Origin: Trichinella spiralis
Lineage: Eukaryota
DNA: 59,337 nt
Direction of reading: 5' to 3'
Assembly: GCF_000181795.1 (NCBI RefSeq)
Contig: NW_003526943.1
Coordinates: forward strand, 10,214,849 to 10,274,185
Under the pieces are notes generated by a model. The model ran no database searches, was not told the origin of the DNA, and worked only from the letters and a program-made list of their open reading frames with translations. The position numbers and the translations under genes are program-made. Shown piece after piece: positions 8,798 to 21,970 of this stretch (position 1 is its first letter; every line of letters starts with the position of its first letter).

Positions 8798-11739
8798 ATG
8801 GAAACCGGTCCGCCAGAAGATTCCCCAAAATGTCTGTCGTCTTCTGGCAACACAGATGCAGAAGAAGCGTCCTGCCCGGTGAATACAGATAACGGTAAAA
8901 ATAAAATTATTGCACAATTTTTTATTCCATTTCATTTTATTACATTCTTACTGTATTATATGATTTGAAGAAGAAGAAAGAGCACATGAATTTGGTGACG
9001 ATGACATGCCCCCTTATTGTGAGCAGGAAGGTTCAGTTGTGGTTGGTCCAGGTGCAAGAAAGGAAGCTTTACTTTTAGGACTTGGATTGCCAAAGTTAAG
9101 CTCGAAGCAGTATGAAGAATTGGCTCGTGCAAAAAAATATGCAATGGATCAGAGTGTAAAAACAGTTTTAATGAAGCAGACTGTGCAGCATCAACAACAA
9201 CAACAAAAGCTCGCCATGTATGCCCAAGCTTTATCGTTGATGGCTAGGTAAAAGTTGTTTTATTTAACAATTGCTCACCGTTGAGTTGTTTTCTTTGGCA
9301 TGTAGGGTTTATATTGGTAGTATTAGTTTTGAATTACGAGAGGAAACGGTGAAAGGCGCTTTTCAAGTTTTTGGTCCAATTAAATCGATAAATATGTCTT
9401 GGGACCCAATAACGGGAGTAAGTTTATTCGTTTTGTTGTTTTTATTTTTCTATTATTTTTCTTTTAGCATCACAAAGGATTTGCTTTCTTGGAGTATGAA
9501 GTTCCTGAAGCAGCAACGTTGGCTCAAGATCAAATGAACGGCGTTTTAATTGGCGGCAGGAACATTAAGGTATGCAGTTGTAATTTTGATTTTATGAACG
9601 TGTTTGGTAATTTGTACTTTAATTGTAATTTACACAGTGGCAGTTGTTCTATTTCTATTTGAAAAATTGCTAGAAATTAGCTGTTATATTTTTAAAATAA
9701 AAAGGAACTATTTTATTTTGATGTTTTGCAGGTTGGTAGGCCGAGTAATATGCCACAAGCACAGCCTATTATTGAATCTATAATTGAAGAGGCAAAACTA
9801 CATCATAGAATTTACGTTTCATCTATTCATCCAGATTTAACTGAAAGTGATGTGAAGAGTGTTTTTGAAGCATTCGGAAATATCATCAACGTTGACTTGC
9901 CAAAAGGGCAACTGCATGGCAAGCACAAGTACATTTTATATTTTGAAATATCGAATAACTTGTAATAGAAAATATGAACCAAAAGAAAACAATAATAAAA
10001 TGTAATATGTATTTTTTTAAAATATTCTTTATTTTCTTACGTAAGTGGAATGATTTGAATTTTATTTTTAAATGTTTTGTCGAATTTTTTCAGAGGTTAC
10101 GCGTACATTGATTTCGATTCAGCCAAAGCTGCTTTAGATGCTGTATCTTCAATGAATATGTTTGATCTCGGAGGACAGCTTTTACGCGTTGGAAGGGTAA
10201 TTGTTAGAATAAAGTTTTAGGAAAAAAAAAGAAAGAATTTGAAAAAAAATTTCTTTTTTGATAGGCAATCACTCCTCCGATGGCCCAGCAGTTTATTGTC
10301 CCAGCTTCGACGGCAGCTTTACCTACTGCAGCCGCTGTTGCAGCTGCTGCAGTTACTGCAAAAATTCAAGCAATGGAAGTTGTTACTCCTGTAAGTTGCG
10401 GCATCAAATTTTAGTTAAAAATCTATCTTGTTTTTTTTTGCTTATTTGAAATGATAAATTTGTTTTTACTCTAATGTTCAATATGTTTTATATTTGTAGG
10501 CCGTTTTAGGAGTAGCAAGCAGTGCTGGTATAGTTGGCTCAGGTTTTTCCAATGCACCAGTATTAAGTACATTGCCGCCTCCGGGATTTACAATTCCTCA
10601 GTTAACTCCCCCATCTGCAGTTGTAGCTCCAAAGTTACATGCAGTTTCAGTAAAATCCAACGAAACAGCAGAATCTGGTAAATTTTTTAGATGAACTAAA
10701 TGTCCGTTTATGTATAATTTAAATATATATACTGGGGTGATGGATTGATTTGTGTTTCATATTTGGATATATTTTCAATTGTGTATAATTTATAGTGAAT
10801 GCAATGAAAATTTCCGGTTCATTGTCGACTGCTTCAGAAATTTCACAAAAACTGATGGCATCTTCTACTTCCACTTCTCCAGATACGTCGACCACGATGC
10901 CAAAAGCTCCCTTGCCGGTCGAATCCATGCCCACGAACGTGTCGGTGGAATCAGTGGCCAGCGGCAGTGGATTGAACTTGCCCAGTAGTAGTAGTAGCGG
11001 TGAGTCAAGTAAGCGAACGAGTTTGACTAGACAGTTTTTTTATTTTTGTTTTCATACTGTAAAACGTATCTGTTTTTTGTTGTTTCGTACAAACAACGGA
11101 AATGGGCTTTCGGCGAATTATTTTTGCATATATTAATGTTGATATTGTTTCAGCTCAGCGCTTGTTGCAGAATTCGATCTTGAACGACCGGCAGAAAGCT
11201 ATCGATTTGGAAGCTGCGCAGACGTTGGCTTCGCAGGAGGATTTGAAAATCAAAGGCAACGAGGCTAGGAATATTTTGATGCACAAATTGATGAGGCGAT
11301 TTGAGGTACTGTATTGTATACTGTATTGTTGTTGGATTTGCTATGCTTTTTCTGTTTGATCGTTTTGTTGTTGTTGTGCAGTCGTGCGTTTTGGTCTTGC
11401 GGAACGTGATCAGTCCAGAAGAAGTGGATGAATATTTGCAAGAAGAAATTACCGAAGAATGTGGAAAATTTGGCGAAGTAGAGCAAGTTGTAATTTATCA
11501 AGAAAAACCGAATGAAGACGCGCCAGCTATAGTGAAAATTTTTGTCAAATATTCCAATCCAGAAGGTATGATGTGTGTTATTAATTTGATTGATTGATTG
11601 ATTGATTTTAAAATTTGTTCAATTATTAGAAGCAGAGAAAGCGCAAAGCACTTTTCACAATCGATTTTTCAGCGGCCGCCAAATCACCGCAGAACTGTAC
11701 GATCAGACGATGTTTGATTTGCAGGATCTGTCCGGATGA
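8798..11739 (+). CDS. PUF60: Poly(U)-binding splicing factor PUF60/half-pint/RNP-6 (about 12 exons)
   Basis: [16 protein letters not shown]1 [29 protein letters not shown]2 [12 protein letters not shown]-terminal UHM (VLVLRNV...[10 protein letters not shown]...NRFFSGR). Splice phases are consistent; stop TGA at 11737-11739. Confidence 0.96.
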
Positions 11740-12460
11740 ACATCCGACATTGTGGGACTTTTTATTTTGATAATTTTCAAAAAGAATAAGTTGCTTTTCT
11801 TTCATTTTTTTAGTTCACTCAGGCATGGGATTTTTTCTTTTGCAAAAAAATACTACTCTGTGAACAGTTTGGTTTTGAGATCTGTTGTAACTCAGAAAAA
11901 AAAATGTGTTGTTTAATTGACAATTTTCCTGAAAGAATTTCATTTTACAGTTATATGCATTTTTGTGCACAAACTGATTTCTTTTTTCATTTTATTTTTT
12001 GTTTTTGGAACGTGACGTAAATGAATTTTTAGTTTTTATGAATTCTTCGATGTTGCGAGTTTTGAATTGAAAAATTTATACGATATGATACAATAATTTC
12101 ACAATACCCCCATTCACCGGTTCACTGTTACATTCGCACTCTTTAATGTGTTATATAGTGGTGAATGAAGAAAAGAAATTATTTGTTGAAAAATATGTCA
12201 AACGGTTTGTTTATTTAATTTTTTTTAAAAATTATGTAAATTTTCATAATTTTGATCACATATAAGAGCTTTTTTAAATAAAAAAGAGGTATACTTATTG
12301 AAAATGATGTCGATCGAATCGGTTGTTAAAAGTAATTGAAATATTTTTCAAACGAATGTTCAAGTATCAATTTGTACTTCTGTGAATTTTGAAAATTGGT
12401 TTCTTCATTTTTTAAACTTTTGGCTGTTTATCTGTTTGCTTTTTTTTGAAGAATTGTTCA

Positions 12461-12723
12461 TGTAACGCGCCGCCCTGGCCTGCTTGTTCCACGGCTTCGT
12501 CCCCAACTTTTATTTATGACGACAGAACAAGCCACCAGGGTACAGCTACACTTTGCTCACTACTGACTGTCTACTGTATCCTGCTTCCGGGTCGTGGCAC
12601 ACGGATTGGTTCATTAATTTGTAGCCTAAAACCTGGCAATTTCCGTGGCAGAGGACGCTCCTGATTGGGCTTCATGTCACGTCCAACGGTGATGTATACA
12701 ACATAGCATTTTTGGGTGTTACG
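12461..12723 (-). mobile_element. Probable degenerate solo LTR
   Basis: GC-richer island bounded by TGTAACG...TGTTACG inverted ends, with a minus-strand AATAAA near 12510. No TSD seen. Confidence 0.45.
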
Positions 12724-14346
12724 AGAAATTACATATAAAGAAGAAGAAAAAGCGGGTGCTGGTTAAATGTAATGTACATTTACAGATGCCAAGTCTTCCG
12801 TAGTCCGTTGCATTCATTGTGCAAAATTGTTAAATTTGTATTGAAGGAAAAATAACATTGATAATAAAAGAATTAAAATGTTGCTGATTGAAGTTTACTG
12901 TGAAGCTTTGTGCTTTTGGAATTGAGATGTTCCAGTGGTGATTGGGAAGAGAAATTATTTTTATCAGTGTATTATCCTGAAAATCAAAAAGCATATTTTC
13001 AACACGGTGTGCAGGAAAAGAGATTTAGCAATTCGAGTTGTCGTTGTGAACATTGATTATGAGTATTGTTCCCGCCGTCATTATAGACATGACGATCAGT
13101 ATTGCTGAAATTAAAAGTATAAAAGTTTCTTTTGAGGCGTATTGACAGAAAGAAGAAGTGTAATTCAACATTTCATGACAGAAGCGTTAAGCATACTGTG
13201 AAAATTAAAATGTTTCTTATTTTATATATTTGAACAATCATAGAAAGGAAATTAAACACAAACTTCGATTATTTTTTTTTATTGAACCTTCATTTGAAAA
13301 GAAAATTTATTTGAAAGTAATATTTTAACATTGTACTGTGCGTAAGCTTTTACATAAAATGTTTTTCAATTTGTTTGATTCATTTTACGACAATAGTTCC
13401 ATCATGATTAATGATTTATTTTTTATTTCCTGAATTAATTGTCAAATTTTATTTTTAATATGATAATTTTTATTTTCTTATTTTGAAAAATTGGTTTTTC
13501 AATATTTTGAAATTAGTTTATAATTAATTTTTAATTTCACAAAGAAAAGAGGTAGCGATTATTATTCATAATAGTATTAAATAAATAAATGAGCATGTGA
13601 ATGAATAATGAAAAGGTGCATTCAAGAATTGCTTTTAACTTGATTGCGCTGGTTTGAGTGTTTATTGAATTATACTTATTTTCCTCTGAATTAATTTAAA
13701 TCAATTATACATTTAGTAGAATGCAAATTTGATGTTTTACTCAATGACGACGTTGTAGCTCAGCATCGATGGCTATTCTGTGAGTTGATGTAGAACAGCA
13801 GTTGCAGAAATAGGATATATTTAATTAGCAGCCAATATTAAGCGAAAACGTCGTGAAAATCCAATGCGCCTCTTCTTGTCTTTTTTCCGTACCCCAGATC
13901 CTCAGGTTTGGTGTGAGATTGTGTCTCTGCTCCATTACACTTTTACACGATGGGATACCATTGCAGAGACGGTTTAATGATGTGTTGTCAGTTATTAAGA
14001 TTTTGCTCGATGCTCACTCATTTGCAGTTAGGTTCATGAAAAGCTTGCGTGTAATGTGACTGGTGTGTATTTAATTTAACAAAAAATAATTGTCTATTAC
14101 TTATATAATAGAAGAGCATTATTTTTGTTGTGCATTTTATAAAATTTATTTCTAACAAATCATCTTTGTCTGGAGCGCTGGCTTTATCGCTTTCTTATTT
14201 AATATAATTTTCAATTAGCGAAATGGCCAACTTGAAAAAAGAATAAATGTACGGCACACAAATGGCATTTTTGTTTTCTGGATAATTTCTTCCTTCTGTA
14301 TGAAGCATATTTTGATGAGTCATTTATATTTTTTAGAATAAATTTA

Positions 14347-16757
14347 ATGCATTCGTCGAATGAAACCAAATTCAGCGCTCTGTTGATTAGACAGGACCTC
14401 TACTACCTTGCATTTCGTCCTGTGCAGATCTTTTCTGCTGTTGTTGCTATTCTACTGGATGTCATTATACTTTCGCTTCTGCATCAGCGCCGCTGTAGTC
14501 GACCAGACTTGATTTCATTAAAAAGTATGAATGCATTCATTTTTTCCTAAAATTGCATTTTAAATTATAAAATCTTTCTCACTTGTAGCAATTTAAATTA
14601 GAATTCTATTTTCAATGGTAAAAATGTGTATTCAATTAAAAAATATTGAATTTACCTGAAATTATTATATAAACTTGCAAAATTTATTAAAAAAGTAAAA
14701 AGCAAGTATTATTTTGTTTCAGCATTAATCTCAGGTGCTTTAAGTAAAAATGAAATCTTTTGTTCGTTGGAGTAGGGCATTATCATTCATTGGGGGTTTA
14801 CATGCTTTAGCTTTTTTCCGTAATTTTGATTATTTGGTTAATAAAAACGTATCAATACGATAGAATAATTGTCAATTTGTTCAGTCATCAAATATAAACG
14901 TAGTATAAAAAATGAAATTAATAATTTAATTTCAACAGCCTTTATTAATGGATAAATTTAATTTTCAGTTTTGAGTTATAATTGAATTAATACTAGTGAT
15001 ATTAGGTATGAATTGATCAATTTATGCTAGAACTGTAAATTACATTCTAAACGGAGATAATGAAGTTCTGGGGTTTCTTGCATCTATTTTTTTCTTATTA
15101 TTATGCAGTTATCTACTCTAATCATTCATTCATGCGCTCATCATCACCAATGTGTTCAAGGCATTTTTGAATATGGTACAGCAATAATTATTAACACAGG
15201 CTAGAACGATTTCGTTCACTCCCATTTTTTCCACTCTGATACATTTTTTTGATTGGTTTATTCGCTCATAGCTTGTCCAGAGTTTGATCAGTAATTGGCG
15301 ATTTGTTTATGCTATTTTATTAGAGCCCTGCTTGCAAATAATCTAATGCACAAATTAACGAAAACACTTCTATATTAATCTCATTGAATTTCCATTCTAA
15401 ATGGTTGTTATTGCACATGGTTAAATTTCAAAATGTAACGTTCCTTGCCATGTCTGTGTATATATGTAGAGGTGAGCAAGCCAGCGCGCTTTTGGCACTT
15501 CACAACGGCAAAAAGTTGATAATTAGCCAAAATGATATTGTTATAAGCATTTTTTAATATCTAATTGGGTTGGTTATTAGGCAAGTTCCAGTTCGATTTT
15601 ATTCATCTTTTACAGAATCGTTTGCTCAAAGTAGAAGAAATTGTACATTCGAACAACAGTGTTCAAATTTTACTGTTCACAGTTAATTTGATCAATTCTC
15701 TGTGACTAATCACGCAACAGTTACAATAAGCATACATATTCTTCGTTCATGGTACTTTTTTGAACATTTGCTCATCATGCATCTATTTTTCATTGAAATG
15801 TTAATTTTGATCACCAGCTAGCGGTGCAATAATAATAAATGGATGATTGAATTGTTTAAAATTTATTATTTGTCAGTAAAAATGTATTGCAGAAAAAAAT
15901 CACATTGAATGATGATATGTCAAAAATAAAATAACTTATGAAATGGATGATCGATCATTTTAGATTTTGCTATTGGAAATTTGATTTGTGCAATTGGTCG
16001 GTTTGGAATGTTTATCCACAGGCATGTAGTGGTGGTGATGCAAGTGGCGCAAGTACAATCTTGGCAATGTGTTTTGTTCTTATATTTTCCGTTGGAAACT
16101 GTCGGCAGCACGTATGTCTCTTGTGCGTTGTTCGTCCTCTCCTTGGAAAGGATGCTATTTTTCCTGAATACCCAGTTGGATAAGAAAATATTTTCCCGAT
16201 TATCCAACAGCCGACTGACTCTGCTGATTCTTCTTCCGTGCAGTGCGAACAATTTGATTTGGGTTTCGATGGCTTTGATAAATAATCACCAAGTATCATC
16301 ACTCTGCGTGAGGCATGAACTTTCGTCCAAAGTTTATTTCGAAATTTACGCCCTGTTCAAAATATGCTGCTCATTTTTGGAATCACTCTGCTACAGCATT
16401 GCGTTCTTTGCATTCATGAGCCAGCGCAAAATTCCAGCAACGACCACCCTCAGCTATATTCGACACAAGCGCGAGAGGAAAATTTTCTTCTCCCTCATCG
16501 CCGTCTTTTTCTGCAGTGCCATCGCTCAACTGCTCCCCTGGCTGCTCATCTACATAACATTCGACAATCCGCAGTACCAAACCATCAACATCATATCTTA
16601 CAGATTGGAGACGTTTTTCTTGCCATTTTCCGCGTTATTTTTTTTACTAATGCATCCTGACTTAACCAATCAACTGAAACACCATCTGCTGAAAATACCA
16701 AATTTTAAAAAATTGTTCACAACAACATCTACAAATCGAGTTGTTTATATTGGTTAA
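14347..16757 (+). CDS. Serpentine/class-A-like 7TM receptor (middle exons unresolved; possibly a pseudogene)
   Basis: Exon 1 (14347-14524) has an N-glycosylation sequon NET and TM1. The large last exon (~16022-16757) has Cys at the TM3 start, LSLER (DRY-like), and TM4-TM7 ending FFLLMHPDL. Confidence 0.65.
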
Positions 16758-16854
16758 TGCTAATAGCATTGCTTTTTTTTCTCAATTCTCTGCAACTGTA
16801 TTTAAAATCAACTAATTGTAAAAGTAATAATATTTTTTGAATTTTGATTCTCCT

Positions 16855-17050
16855 TGACACAGTCACCGGTCACCGGTGGCATCCCTCGTGAGTGAACCAA
16901 TGAATGACAGATACTGATACTTGACCATCGCAAAATCATCCGTTCGCACTCAACCCACTACTACTTTCCAGCATCCCATCCGCAGAAGCACTCGCTGTAT
17001 TCTATTCAGAGCTGTTGATATTCTGTCTATCAAATAAAAAACGCGTTACG
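16855..17050 (+). mobile_element. Probable solo LTR (196 bp) with 4-bp TSD TCCT
   Basis: TCCT|TGACAC...CGCGTTACG|TCCT, with AATAAA at 17033. Ends in CG rather than the canonical CA. Confidence 0.6.
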
Positions 17051-17185
17051 TCCTTTATTGTGGATGAATCTGCAAAATGTATTATTATTAATAACACAAA
17101 CTACAATGCTGAAAGCATTCCTTACATTAGTAAAATTATGGACCGAAATCACAAAACAATAATGATATATATGTATGTATGTATG

Positions 17186-17894
17186 TAGTGGTTCTCAAAG
17201 TGTGGGTCGCGTAAAATATTAAAGTATGGTTGTAGTCTTTATTTTTGTTAACATAGTTTCACTAATCGAATATTGTTGGGTGAACAAGTAAGCTGTGATT
17301 CAGTTGCTGATGACTTGAGAATCACTATTTCTGCCCGGCCTCTCACAGCACACAGATGCTGCCTGTACCGGCAAATCCACGAAAGCAGATGGAGAATTAA
17401 TCGATTTGTCTGAAGATTCTTCGCTTAAAGTCAGTTTTGATCGTAAAACATAATACAGTTTTGACTATTAGTTTCAAACACATATCCAACTTTTCCACTT
17501 ACTTTATTATTCCGCATTAAAAATGCTGCTTCCTTTTACTACTTCCAACTTGTGCGAAATTGGATTTTCACCAATGAATAGAATTAAAAGCAAATTTCAA
17601 AGTAAGCTACAATCATCCAACATCATGCGACTAAAACCAACACGTGTTAGTGCGGACGTCGAAGTCATCAGCCAAAACAGAAAACAAGCCCACTGTTCGC
17701 ATACACCTCATTATGCATTTGACAAATAAACTTATACATTTTAATTAGGCTTCTTCATTAAAAAATTTAAAGTATTAAACTAATATTTTTTATTTAACCC
17801 CTCTTGTCTTTTAAAATATGCATTGCAAGCAGGTGGGTCGCGAAAAATTACCGTTTTTGAAACTGGGTAGCCCAGAAAAGTTTGAGAACCACTG
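17186..17894 (+). mobile_element. Non-autonomous hAT (Charlie/Buster-type) DNA transposon
   Basis: TIRs TAGTGGTTCTCAAA / TTTGAGAACCACTG. Remnant of the hAT C-terminal dimerisation domain (LKMLLPFTTSNLCEIGFSPMNRIKSK). Flanks tatgtatg/tgtatatg match at 6 of 8 positions. Confidence 0.85.
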
Positions 17895-18095
17895 TGTATA
17901 TGTATTAGCAGTATTCATGAAAATAGGAAGTAATATAATGGAAACAGTAAGAAAAGCGAATTTCTTCATTTCAGATTTATGAATACATATTCCGTTAATA
18001 CGATCTATAAAATTTATTAAATACACTCTCATTTCCATTACTATTAATCTTCCTTGTACATTATCATTTTTTTCTAAATTGTAAATAAATGAACA

Positions 18096-19672
18096 TTATT
18101 CTTGTGACTCTGCGCTTATTTCACCACATTCCTCAACTGACAGCTCCTTTGAATCGGTAGCTTCTTGGTCTGTTAGGTCTGTCTGAAATGCACATATATA
18201 TATATATAAATATAACATGATAAACAACAGCGTGAACGTGAAAGTGAAAACAAACATACTACCAATTTTCCAATAGCAATAGCTTTCATACGAGCTGCTT
18301 GAAGCAATATCCCATCGACTGAAGGAAGTTTCCGAAAACAAAAGACACAGTCGCTGCCATCAGCACTGTCTTGCATCATTCTGTATGCAAATTTAGTCAA
18401 AATAATTCTTCATAAAACAAAAAAAACAAAACTTCAAAAAAATAATGCTTACTGAAAAAGCCATTTGTGAGTGCAAAGAAATTCTCTCATAGAACTTTCG
18501 CTTTCCATGTGCAGCTTGCTCTTAACTTCTTCTGACAGGAAACTAGTGTTGCAAGCAGCTTCGTAAAAGTTTTTAAAATTCATGCCGTGGTTAACCTGGG
18601 ACCATAAATAATTGTTAAACAATACCAACAATCTTGTCACACAATCTTCTTGTTGATGAAATATACCGTCACGTTCGAACAATATGTGCGAACGTTTCAA
18701 CAAGTTGTTTTCGCAACAAATGTCTTGCAAACTCATCGGAATTTTATCAATCTGAAGAAAGTTTTTCCTGAAATGGAAGATGTTTACACGGAGAAAAATT
18801 AATTAATTTTTAAATAAAATTATAAACAATATTCATCAAACTTATTTCACAATTCACAGCCAAATGGTATCCTGCGCTGAATTAATCAAGTTACCCATGC
18901 AAAATAGCGATACAACAAAAAATATGAATAACCATTCTGAACATAAATAGAATATAAACTTAACACAAATAACTTTAAAATATTGTATACAATGCAACAA
19001 TAAATGTTTACAATTTTACATGCAAGCAAATAATAACATGTTAAGAAAAACACCGAATTGTAAAAAATTATACATCATATTCTGTATAAATTGTAATCTA
19101 CAACTAGTACTTGCTTATTTATAGCAAGTACACAATTGATTACTGGTCATAATCATCAACATTATAAATTCAAGTAGTGAAACTTCTCTTACAAGATTGT
19201 CGAGTATTTTTCAAATTCTTTCATAGTAAAATGTCCACCTGAAATAAAAACAAATCAATTAAACAGAATCTGAATAATCCATTGGTTCACCTCTTTCTCG
19301 ACAAATAAACATTATAATAGCTTCGAAAGGCAGTTCAAAATTTTCCAATATCAAATCTCCAGAGACTTCACGTTCTGCCGCCATTTTCGCTTTGAACACT
19401 GCACGTGCATTCTCGCATTCTCCTTTTTCATGAGCATACAGGTCATTCCAAATGACCATCAAAGAATAACTGCCTCCATGTTTTGCTTCAATACGGAAAT
19501 GATGCGGATTTTTTTGCAGGCATTTGAGAACTGTAGTCAGTTTCAATTCAGTGTATTCTTCGTAACGTGTCAAGTGTTTGCATAATTCATCTAATGATAA
19601 TACTGACTGTACTTTCATCATAAAACAATTTACAATTCGTTTGAACAGTCTCCTTTCCACAGCACGTTCCAT
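18096..19672 (-). CDS. Uncharacterised multi-exon protein, possible tandem winged-helix repeats
   Basis: Exons ~19672-19291, 19238-19192, (optional 18936-18895), 18767-18453, 18380-18263 and 18182-18096 splice in frame through GT-AG sites. Confidence 0.7.
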
Positions 19673-20903
19673 TGGGATTGTTCTGCAAAATAAAAAAAAA
19701 GTTACATTCAGCGTTCACATTTATATTACGCGCAATTAGCCAACTACAAAATATAACGATAGAACATTACAAAATACCGAAAATATTGCGCGTTCCCACG
19801 CACTGTATTTGAATTTATTTAATCTCATGCATTCACGATAATGAAAGGTAAAATTCTTATCTAGATTACACGCAACGTTTTATTACATTTATACATATAA
19901 TACTGGAATAAAGAGCAATGATCGTCGTTATAAATTGTTTACAATTATTTTACTTACATTTAAAATGTTTACGATATGTACTTACCTCTGTTACCTACAG
20001 TTATGGACAGAAAGAATTAAACGCTATTCTGGAATGGGCAAGTATCGACTAGAATACCGTGCCAAACAAACGCAGCCTGTGACGAGTATACACACTTTCA
20101 CGAGCTCCGATATACAACAACTATCTTCCGTTCGCGAGAGATTGACGTTGGTGACAGACAGACTAAAATACTTAATAAAATTAAACGCTTTCACAAGTAA
20201 ATACTTCAGTTTAGAGCCTAACAAAAGTTTTTAAATGACAGTTTTCATCACGGTTCTTAACTCATTTTACAAAACAACCGGAAGTGATTTTAATACAGTA
20301 ATATAGAAAAGTAGGCGTTATTTATGATTGGCCAGTTTGGAAAATTTCTGGCGCCAACACTGTATACTCAACTTTTAACGTTAGTTGTAGAAAACCTTTT
20401 TTTCTGTTTATATTTTTTTATTTTTTGTTTTCAGCTGACTGTTCTTCATATTTTTCAGGCTTACTTGCCAGTAGAATTACGGTAATGATAGGTCGAACTG
20501 GACGGTTGAAGATGAGTAGATTTTTTTAATTTGAATGTTTAAAATTGAAAGAAAAATGAATGAATTTGATAATTAATCGTTCTTTAATTTATACTATATT
20601 TTGTCATTAATTGTCTACTGATGTGCAGGAAAATAACCTTCAAGAAATGAAATGGTATATTCAAATGTGACATTTTCTGCACATGTACTGTTCATAGCGC
20701 TCTACAGCATCGTTCAATGGCCAAAAAATACTAGCTTTTTTCACTCATTACACCGTAAGCTCACCAATTTGTTTATTAGTTTGCGAAATGCGAAGAGAAA
20801 AATCATTACAAATTAAAAAAAGTGAAAAATATGCAACAAAACGAAATTTTGTCAAAGCAATACCATTTACGTTCGAAAAAGAGTATCAAGCCAGTTTGGC
20901 AGA

Positions 20904-21484
20904 TTATTTTTTTCGTACGGCTGCAACACCTTCGATAAATTTACCCAGTGTAATGTCTTTCATCGACAATCCATTGCAGTCATGCGTAGAAAGTGTAATA
21001 TCTACCTGAGAAAAATACATAATTGAATTGAATAAATCAAAAATGATAAGAAATGGAACAAGAAAACTTATACCTTGTTGTAGACGTTGAACCACTCGGG
21101 ATGATGATTCATTTTTTCCGCTTTCAGTGCTATTTGAGTCATGAATCCAAATGCCTGCGGTGTTTGTTGTTAATAATTAATTTAATCGGTTAAACTGTAT
21201 TTTCATTTACTTCGTTGAAATCACCGAACGTGAACAATTTTTGAATTGCATCCCGTTTCTCTTGCAATTTCCATCCCTGACCAATCAACTCGTTCAAATG
21301 CTGCTCTCTTTCTTGATCGTTCAATAAGCACAGAGGCTAATTGGAAATTGTGCTCAAATAAATATAACAGAAAATAATAAAAATATATTCCACTTACCAT
21401 TTTACGGCAAACGGTAGAGGAAGAAGAAAACGGTAACGCTCTGGCGCAAAACAGATTTTTTGCACCTAATTTCAATAATCGCAT
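20904..21484 (-). CDS. PCBD: Pterin-4-alpha-carbinolamine dehydratase (PCD/DCoH) with N-terminal mitochondrial-type presequence
   Basis: Exons 21484-21398, 21336-21211, 21154-21074 and 21005-20904 give ...[56 protein letters not shown], the PCD signature. Confidence 0.96.
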
Positions 21485-21970
21485 ACTGCAAGCTGAGCTT
21501 TAAAATGTAAAATCTTTTCAAATGCAAAGTAATATAGAAAATCAACAAGAAAAATTAATCAAATATGACACTGCTTATTTTCTTTGTTAAAATGTTTTAA
21601 TAATAACAATTACAAAATAATGACGACGGTATGAAGTACCTTATTTCGGATACTGTAAATCAGATGATAATTAACATGTGGTTGTTACAAAAAAAACTAT
21701 TCAGACAACGGATAAAAAGGGGAACAAATTTTTTTTCTGAGGAAACTGTTCAACTAACAATAACTGAGCAACGGTTTGGAAAAAAATAACAACACGGTCA
21801 GTGTACAAAGACAATGATTATTTTCATCATCACATGTAAAAAAATTGCGACGGCTTATGCGCAGGCAACTGTTCACAAAAGTAAATAATAATAATAATAA
21901 TAATATAAATATAATTATATATGTGAATAAAAACAAAAAATAATATAGATTATAAATTGAAAATGTGAAT

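Noticed and set aside
13750..13830. GTAGCTCAG, an A-box-like motif suggesting a tRNA
   Set aside because: No B-box (GTTCRA) and no cloverleaf pairing.
19935..20234. 99-aa plus-strand ORF
   Set aside because: TTG start, no motif, and it lies in the likely promoter region of the 19672 gene.
20459..21009. Apparent spliced plus-strand gene overlapping the PCBD last exon antisense (MKCIVQW...MRREKSL...)
   Set aside because: It needs a 25-nt intron (20755-20779), far shorter than the ~50-nt or longer introns elsewhere in the window, and the product has no recognisable features.
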